Shown here piece by piece: positions 59,005 through 64,000 of a stretch of DNA of 64,000 nt. Position 1 is the stretch's first letter. Every line of letters starts with the position of its first letter. The position numbers and the translations under genes were made by a program. The notes under the pieces were generated by a model that was not told where the DNA came from, searched no databases, and saw nothing but the letters and a program-made list of their open reading frames with translations. This DNA is from Promethearchaeota archaeon (GTDB lineage: Archaea > Asgardarchaeota > Lokiarchaeia > Sigyniarchaeales > SOKP01): positions 1 to 64,000 of the forward strand of contig JBHLNZ010000012.1 of assembly GCA_048941015.1 (NCBI GenBank), read 5' to 3'.

Positions 59005-59481
59005 ATGACAAATATTATAATGAAAACTTCTAAAGGAAATATTAATATAAGGTTATTCGATAATGAAGCTCCTATGACAGTAGAAAGTTTTCTATTTCTA
59101 GCTAAACAAGGTTTTTATAATGGTTTAAAATTTCATAGGGTAATCGAAGATTTTATGATACAAGGAGGATGTCCCACAGGAACAGGTTTCCATGGTCCAA
59201 GACAAAAAGGGATTACTTCTTTTCCATTTAAAGGAAAGCAAGTTTCTTATCCTTTCTCTGATGAGTTTCAAAGTGGAAGAACGTTTAATAAACCTGGTAT
59301 TTTAGCTATGGCTAATGCTGGACCTAATACAAATGGATCTCAGTTTTTTATTACTCATGTTCCTACTCCTCATCTAAATAATAATCATACTATATTTGGA
59401 GAAGTTATATCAAATAACGACCAAAATGTGGTTGACTCTATTCAAAAAGGAGATCTAATTATTGAAATAGATTTAAGTTAA
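59005..59481 (+). CDS. Cyclophilin-type peptidyl-prolyl cis-trans isomerase
   Basis: FHRVIEDFMIQGG, LAMANAGPNTNGSQFFIT, HTIFGEV. Confidence 0.95.
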   Translation: MTNIIMKTSKGNINIRLFDNEAPMTVESFLFLAKQGFYNGLKFHRVIEDFMIQGGCPTGTGFHGPRQKGITSFPFKGKQVSYPFSDEFQSGRTFNKPGILAMANAGPNTNGSQFFITHVPTPHLNNNHTIFGEVISNNDQNVVDSIQKGDLIIEIDLS

Positions 59482-59541
59482 AAAAATAGAATTTTTTTTA
59501 TTTTTCTATTTAGTTATTATTGAATATTGTGCTATAGTTAA

Positions 59542-59727
59542 TTAGTAATCATCATCATCGTCATCATCGTCCCAGTCGTCATCATTATCATAATCATCCC
59601 ATTCTCCATCATTTTCCTCATCTTCATCATTCCAATCATCTTCGTCAATGTCATCATCATCGTCCCAATCATCATCATCATCATAGTCATCATCCTTTTC
59701 CATATCTGCAAATTCTATATCTTTCAT
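59542..59727 (-). CDS. Very acidic Asp/Trp-repeat small protein (61 aa; start reassigned from 59763 to ATG 59727)
   Basis: GGAGGT SD directly upstream of ATG 59727; mixed GAT/GAC codons keep Asp; isolated between intergenic regions. Confidence 0.65.
   Translation of the reverse strand: MKDIEFADMEKDDDYDDDDDWDDDDDIDEDDWNDEDEENDGEWDDYDNDDDWDDDDDDDDY
59548..59694. repeat. Low-complexity (TCA/TCG)n trinucleotide tract encoding poly-Asp on the minus strand
   Basis: tcatcatcatcgtcatcatcg runs. Confidence 0.8.
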
Positions 59728-59984
59728 ATTATTACCTCCCGACTTTTTACAGAATCTTATCAATATGTTATGTATTTATTCTAATGCAATTAATATAAAC
59801 CATATTTTTAAAGCTTTCTATTTATTGTTTTAATTAATATTGATTGATAATTAAGGGAAATTATAAACGCATTATAAAAACTTATTATTGAACCTCTTAA
59901 TTATAAATTTATAGTAAATTATAACTAGGAAAGATATTTTAGTAAAAACTTTTATAAGATTAATATATACTGAATGATATAATT

Positions 59985-61445
59985 ATGAGCAAAGATCTTA
60001 AAGATTTAATTGAATCTACAAATTCTGCAAACCGTGCGCATTCTGACTTAGAAACAATTATTAAATATTTAAAAGAGGAAGTTCAAAAACTTAATTTCAC
60101 TATTAATGAGCAAAAGAGAATTATCCAAAATCAAAAATTAAAACTTTCTAATTTTGAATCGTCAACTATCCCTGATGATGTCGAGGTTTTAAAGGAATTA
60201 ATAGTCAATCAAAAAGAAGAGCTAATTAAAAAAGATAAAGATATAGAGATTTTAACCCAAACAATTGAAGATATTACAGTTGAGTTAGAAAAGGCAAAGA
60301 ATTTCGATGAAGAAGATGAAGAAATAGTTTACTCTAACAAAGTTATAGTACAATTAACTGAAGAAAAAGAAATATATCACGCTGAAATTGAGAAATTAGA
60401 AGCTAGAATAAATGATTTAGAAGAAACAGTACAATTGTACGAAAATGGAGATTACAAAAAGATTGAACAGAAGCTTGTGGATACTAAGAAATTAATTTTT
60501 CAATTAACAGAAGAAAATGGTTTAAATCGTGTTCAAATTGAATCATTAAAAAAAGAAATTGAAGATCTACAATCCTCTCTCCATGAGTCTGAGTTAAATA
60601 AAAATCAATATATGCATGAATTAGAAAATAACAATCAAATAATTGATGGTTTAAAAGATAAACTTAGTGAATATAAAGAAAAAATCGAATATCTTCAAAA
60701 TAAATTAGAAGATATGAAAAAAATACGGGAATCTTTTCTAGAATCATCTGAAGAATATAAGAAGTTATTAGAGTTTGAAGCAGAAAACAATGAGTTAAAA
60801 AATATCATCAGCACAAACCTCAATATAATTGAAAATTTGAAAAATGAGAACCTTGAACTTAATAATAATCTAACAGATGCATTCCAAATTATAAATTCAA
60901 ATAAAGATGATTACGATAAAACACTTATAGAAAATGAAGAAAAATTAGCAGAATTAAATAAAAAATATCAAAAAATTCAAAATGCAAATAAAAAGTTAAG
61001 CGATTTAATAGTTGAATTAAAAGTAAAAGGAGATTCTATTACTGCTCAAGTTGCTCCATCATATTCATCGCAACCCATCTCTAAAGAAAGTCAATTAAAT
61101 TATATCCCACCTTCTCTTTTCCATAAAATGTTTGAATTACTTGATACTGAAAATAAAAAACAAATTATAGACCAGCTTATTGAAGATCTAAACGAAAATA
61201 ATATTAGGGATAAGAGAATATATGCGCTTAAAATTCTCAGCTCTATTGATGACCCTAGAATTTTTGAAGAATTTAAAAAATTGATAAAGGATAAGGATTG
61301 GATAATTAAATTATACATTATTAAAGCATTAAATAAGTTTAAAAACACTGAGGTAAAAAATATTCTGAAAGAACTCCAAAAAGATGGAGATATTGACGTA
61401 CGAGAAGCAGCAACAAACTTATTGTGTAAATTTGAGAAGCTCTAG
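59985..61445 (+). CDS. Long coiled-coil protein with C-terminal HEAT/PBS-like repeats
   Basis: About 340 aa of E/K/L heptads; C-terminal RIYALKIL, DKDWIIKLYIIKAL, DGDIDVREAA. Confidence 0.75.
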   Translation: MSKDLKDLIESTNSANRAHSDLETIIKYLKEEVQKLNFTINEQKRIIQNQKLKLSNFESSTIPDDVEVLKELIVNQKEELIKKDKDIEILTQTIEDITVELEKAKNFDEEDEEIVYSNKVIVQLTEEKEIYHAEIEKLEARINDLEETVQLYENGDYKKIEQKLVDTKKLIFQLTEENGLNRVQIESLKKEIEDLQSSLHESELNKNQYMHELENNNQIIDGLKDKLSEYKEKIEYLQNKLEDMKKIRESFLESSEEYKKLLEFEAENNELKNIISTNLNIIENLKNENLELNNNLTDAFQIINSNKDDYDKTLIENEEKLAELNKKYQKIQNANKKLSDLIVELKVKGDSITAQVAPSYSSQPISKESQLNYIPPSLFHKMFELLDTENKKQIIDQLIEDLNENNIRDKRIYALKILSSIDDPRIFEEFKKLIKDKDWIIKLYIIKALNKFKNTEVKNILKELQKDGDIDVREAATNLLCKFEKL

Positions 61446-61658
61446 ATTATCAAAGAGATTTTGAATTTTATTTTTAAATATATTCTTTAAAAAAAAAGAC
61501 AGATTTATAATAACCGGTTAATATATCATCCTAATAAACATTATAAATATTTTCATACAAAGTTATTTACAATAACAAGGGTTAAAGAATTTATAAATCT
61601 GTACTATTGAGGTAAGTACAAATCATATTCTTGTTTTTAATACAGTTGAGGTTAACTA

Positions 61659-61919
61659 ATGGCAAGAGAATTAACCCCAAATAGATGGAATTGGTCCCAA
61701 AAAGACGGTCATTGGGTCTATATAGAATTATCTCCAAATGGGCAAAAAAATTACTATTATCAATTAGAACCACCTGAACAATTTAGATATTTAACAATGA
61801 AAATTAAAAAACTTAATGATAAATTGATATCTTGCCCTACACTTGAAGAAAATGAGAGAATTTTTAACCAAATGATGAAAATTTCAAAAAAATTGCAGTG
61901 CATGGGAAGAGTTGATTAG
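61659..61919 (+). CDS. Hypothetical protein
   Basis: 86 aa; SD GAGGT upstream of ATG. Confidence 0.65.
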   Translation: MARELTPNRWNWSQKDGHWVYIELSPNGQKNYYYQLEPPEQFRYLTMKIKKLNDKLISCPTLEENERIFNQMMKISKKLQCMGRVD

Positions 61920-61932
61920 AATAATCTCTAAT

Positions 61933-62679
61933 TTAAATATTATACTCCTTAACTTTTACTCGCGAGAATTTATCTGCTAAAAATAATGGTTCTGTTTGTC
62001 TATTTTTTATACTTATTCTCAAAGCTATATTTAGAGCAGTTTCCAAAGTGATTCTATATCCAATGCTTATAAAAACCGGTTTTGTTCTGTTAACTAAACA
62101 AATTGAATAACCCAAGATTTCGTTATTTTCTACTCTTCTATTTGGTTTAAATTTCCAGATTGGTTCTTTTAAGCCTTTTTCTTTTTTAATAGATTTCCAA
62201 TCCGAATAACCAAAAAATGGATTCTTAGCGATTCCAATAGATGGGATTTGTAATGCTAAGCCAATTTGAACCGCTTCACCAAATCTTCTAGGATGATTAA
62301 TTCCATGACCATCACAAATTATTAATTCTGGTTTTAAATGGGCATTTTTTATAGCTAATGAAATCAATCTACTTTCACGAAATCCTAAATATCCTGCTTT
62401 ATAAGGAAAATTTACTTTTGCATGTGCAATTGATGTCTCAATAATCTTGTTTTCTTCTAAATTCCAAAAAACTGCGCAAGATACTCCATATTCTAAATCG
62501 TCTTTTAAATAATATGAAACATCAACGCCAGCTAAAATAGAAATTTCTCGTGGTGACTCTATTACTTTACTTTTTCTCTCTTCTTCTTTTAAGAACTTTC
62601 TATATTTTATTTGTAGTTTCTCTGCTTCATCAAGAGAAATATTATCTTGTAATAACTCTGTATAATCAATTCCGTCCAT
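61933..62679 (-). CDS. nfi: Endonuclease V
   Basis: AGVDVSY, FPYKAGYLGFRE, CDGHGINHPRRFG, SIGIAK, PVFISIG, EPLFLAD. Confidence 0.92.
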   Translation of the reverse strand: MDGIDYTELLQDNISLDEAEKLQIKYRKFLKEEERKSKVIESPREISILAGVDVSYYLKDDLEYGVSCAVFWNLEENKIIETSIAHAKVNFPYKAGYLGFRESRLISLAIKNAHLKPELIICDGHGINHPRRFGEAVQIGLALQIPSIGIAKNPFFGYSDWKSIKKEKGLKEPIWKFKPNRRVENNEILGYSICLVNRTKPVFISIGYRITLETALNIALRISIKNRQTEPLFLADKFSRVKVKEYNI

Positions 62680-62828
62680 TTTAAGTATTATTTCATCTTA
62701 ATAATTTTTAATTAATATCTCATAAAAAATTCGAATAATCACTTATCAAAATAAAATTATCTATGGATTAAAATTACAAAATTCAAACTAAATATTTATT
62801 TATTTTCAAGTTTTAACTTTATCAGATT

Positions 62829-63632
62829 ATGAAAATTGCTGTAGCAGGAAAAGGAGGAGTTGGAAAAACATTAATAGCTGGAACATTAGCTAGACTTTTT
62901 GCAAATGATGGCTTTAAAGTGTTAGCTATTGATAATGACTCTGCAATGAATTTAAGTTATACCCTTGGTATAAGTAATGACACTAAATCCAAAATTGTAC
63001 CTATTTCAGAAATGAAAAATTTAATTGAAGAAAGAACTGTTGTTAAAGGGGCTGGTCCAGGTGTCTATAATATTAATCCAGAAGTTTCAGATATTCCTGA
63101 TAGATTTAAAGTTTTGGGTCCTGATGGTTTACAATTACTGGTTCTTGGAGGAATTGAAGAACCAGCGACCGGATGTTTATGTCCCGAGAATGCTTTAATA
63201 AGAACTTTATTGTATAACTTATTTCTAAAAAGAGACGAGATAATTATTGTCGATTTTGAAGCTGGTTTAGAACATTTAGGCAGAGGTACGGCTAAAGGAA
63301 TAGACGTTATGCTAGTTATTACAGAACCCTCTCAAAAATCTTTAGATTTATGCTCTAAAATAATAGAGCTATCAAAAAAATTAGGAATTATTAATATATA
63401 TTTAATTGCCAATAAAATAATCGATGATTCTCAAATAGCGGTTATAAATAACCGGATAGTAGATTGGAAAGTTCCATTATATCATTCAGTTCCATTTGAT
63501 CCGGAAATTGGAAAAGCAGATTTGAATGGAACGGCTCCTTTGGATTATAATTCCAACTCTGAAGCTATCAAATCAATTCAAAAACTCTACAAAAAATTAA
63601 AAACTCTCAAAAAGGAAGTTTTTGATTTATAA
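62829..63632 (+). CDS. cooC: CooC/AcsF nickel-insertion ATPase for CODH/ACS
   Basis: GKGGVGKT, GCLCPEN CxC motif, DFEAGLEHLGRG. Confidence 0.9.
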   Translation: MKIAVAGKGGVGKTLIAGTLARLFANDGFKVLAIDNDSAMNLSYTLGISNDTKSKIVPISEMKNLIEERTVVKGAGPGVYNINPEVSDIPDRFKVLGPDGLQLLVLGGIEEPATGCLCPENALIRTLLYNLFLKRDEIIIVDFEAGLEHLGRGTAKGIDVMLVITEPSQKSLDLCSKIIELSKKLGIINIYLIANKIIDDSQIAVINNRIVDWKVPLYHSVPFDPEIGKADLNGTAPLDYNSNSEAIKSIQKLYKKLKTLKKEVFDL

Positions 63633-63759
63633 GTATTATTTTCTGTAAATTTATTTTCTATATATTCTATATATTAGAGTTTTTAATACTTAATTATTAT
63701 ATAGTACTATTGGAGGAATAAAAATTTACAAATATATAGATATAAAAAAGAGGATGTGA

Positions 63760-63945
63760 ATGATGAAAAAAAAAGAAAATTTATTGGTTTTAGGTATGTT
63801 TTCTTTAATTATAGCAATTATTCTTGGTAGATTCGGAGATGCTAACTTAATACTCGATTTACTAATATTTTTATTTGTCGGGATAGCAATTTTTGCTAAT
63901 GCGAGGTATATAGTCTTAGTATCTTTGGAGAAAAACAAGAAATAG
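63760..63945 (+). CDS. Small two-TM membrane protein
   Basis: Two hydrophobic helices, basic ends; GAGGA upstream. Confidence 0.5.
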   Translation: MMKKKENLLVLGMFSLIIAIILGRFGDANLILDLLIFLFVGIAIFANARYIVLVSLEKNKK

Positions 63946-64000
63946 TATTAAATTTTTAAAAATTAATTAGTAAAGAAATTAACTATCTTCCTTATTATAA

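Noticed and set aside
61511-61520. Palindrome TAACCGGTTA upstream of 61659
   Set aside because: Single 10-bp palindrome with no second copy noticed; could be chance
2523-61773. Short ORF-track entries nested in or antisense to longer genes (e.g. 2523, 10110, 12781, 16968, 19453, 24067, 24518, 24666, 28298, 37612, 40274-41003, 41749, 42981, 43530, 45167, 45936, 50224-51111, 54809, 55076, 56380, 61100, 61591)
   Set aside because: Shadow frames of well-supported genes with no recognisable motifs
63726-63938. Minus-strand 70-aa ORF
   Set aside because: Overlaps the + strand 63760..63945 ORF, which has an SD-like site and a clearer two-TM pattern
1-64000. CRISPR arrays, tRNA/rRNA genes, IS elements or integrases
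   Set aside because: No regularly spaced repeats, no long GC-rich structured RNA segments and no transposase or integrase motifs seen by eye

Overview
Very AT-rich, gene-dense archaeal chromosomal segment, most consistent with an Asgard archaeon of the Lokiarchaeia (Promethearchaeia). The evidence is three Rag/Arf-like small GTPases with C-terminal roadblock-like domains, a stand-alone roadblock protein, longin-like proteins, a gelsolin-like domain, ribosomal protein L13e, an archaeosortase, MtrH-like and ArfB-like genes, and a large surface protein with a cytoplasmic longin-like tail. About 55 CDS are supported. I saw no rRNA, tRNA, CRISPR array or transposase. Metabolic genes include hom and thrC with an ACT regulator, a complete acetone carboxylase operon (acxABC), ADP-forming acetyl-CoA synthetase with a DRTGG partner, CooC, GH32, a sulfatase, an ASST-like protein and tandem HGSNAT-like acyltransferases. 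Most notable observations: (1) a roughly 25 kb neighbourhood (8-33 kb) that looks like a proto-Rag signalling toolkit, with two longin/uDENN-GTPase-roadblock fusions, a Rag-like GTPase beside a roadblock protein, a soluble longin-wHTH protein and a receptor-like protein, interleaved with threonine biosynthesis; (2) within it, an uninterrupted class III ribonucleotide reductase homolog that keeps the ATP cone but lacks both the catalytic finger-loop Cys and the glycyl-radical domain, a candidate nucleotide-sensing pseudoenzyme; (3) a single-domain gelsolin-like gene (36260-36568, minus strand) missed by the ORF track because it has no ATG/GTG/TTG start and probably begins at ATT; (4) a tiny Asp/Trp-repeat acidic protein. 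All assignments come from motif recognition by eye; no database searches were run.
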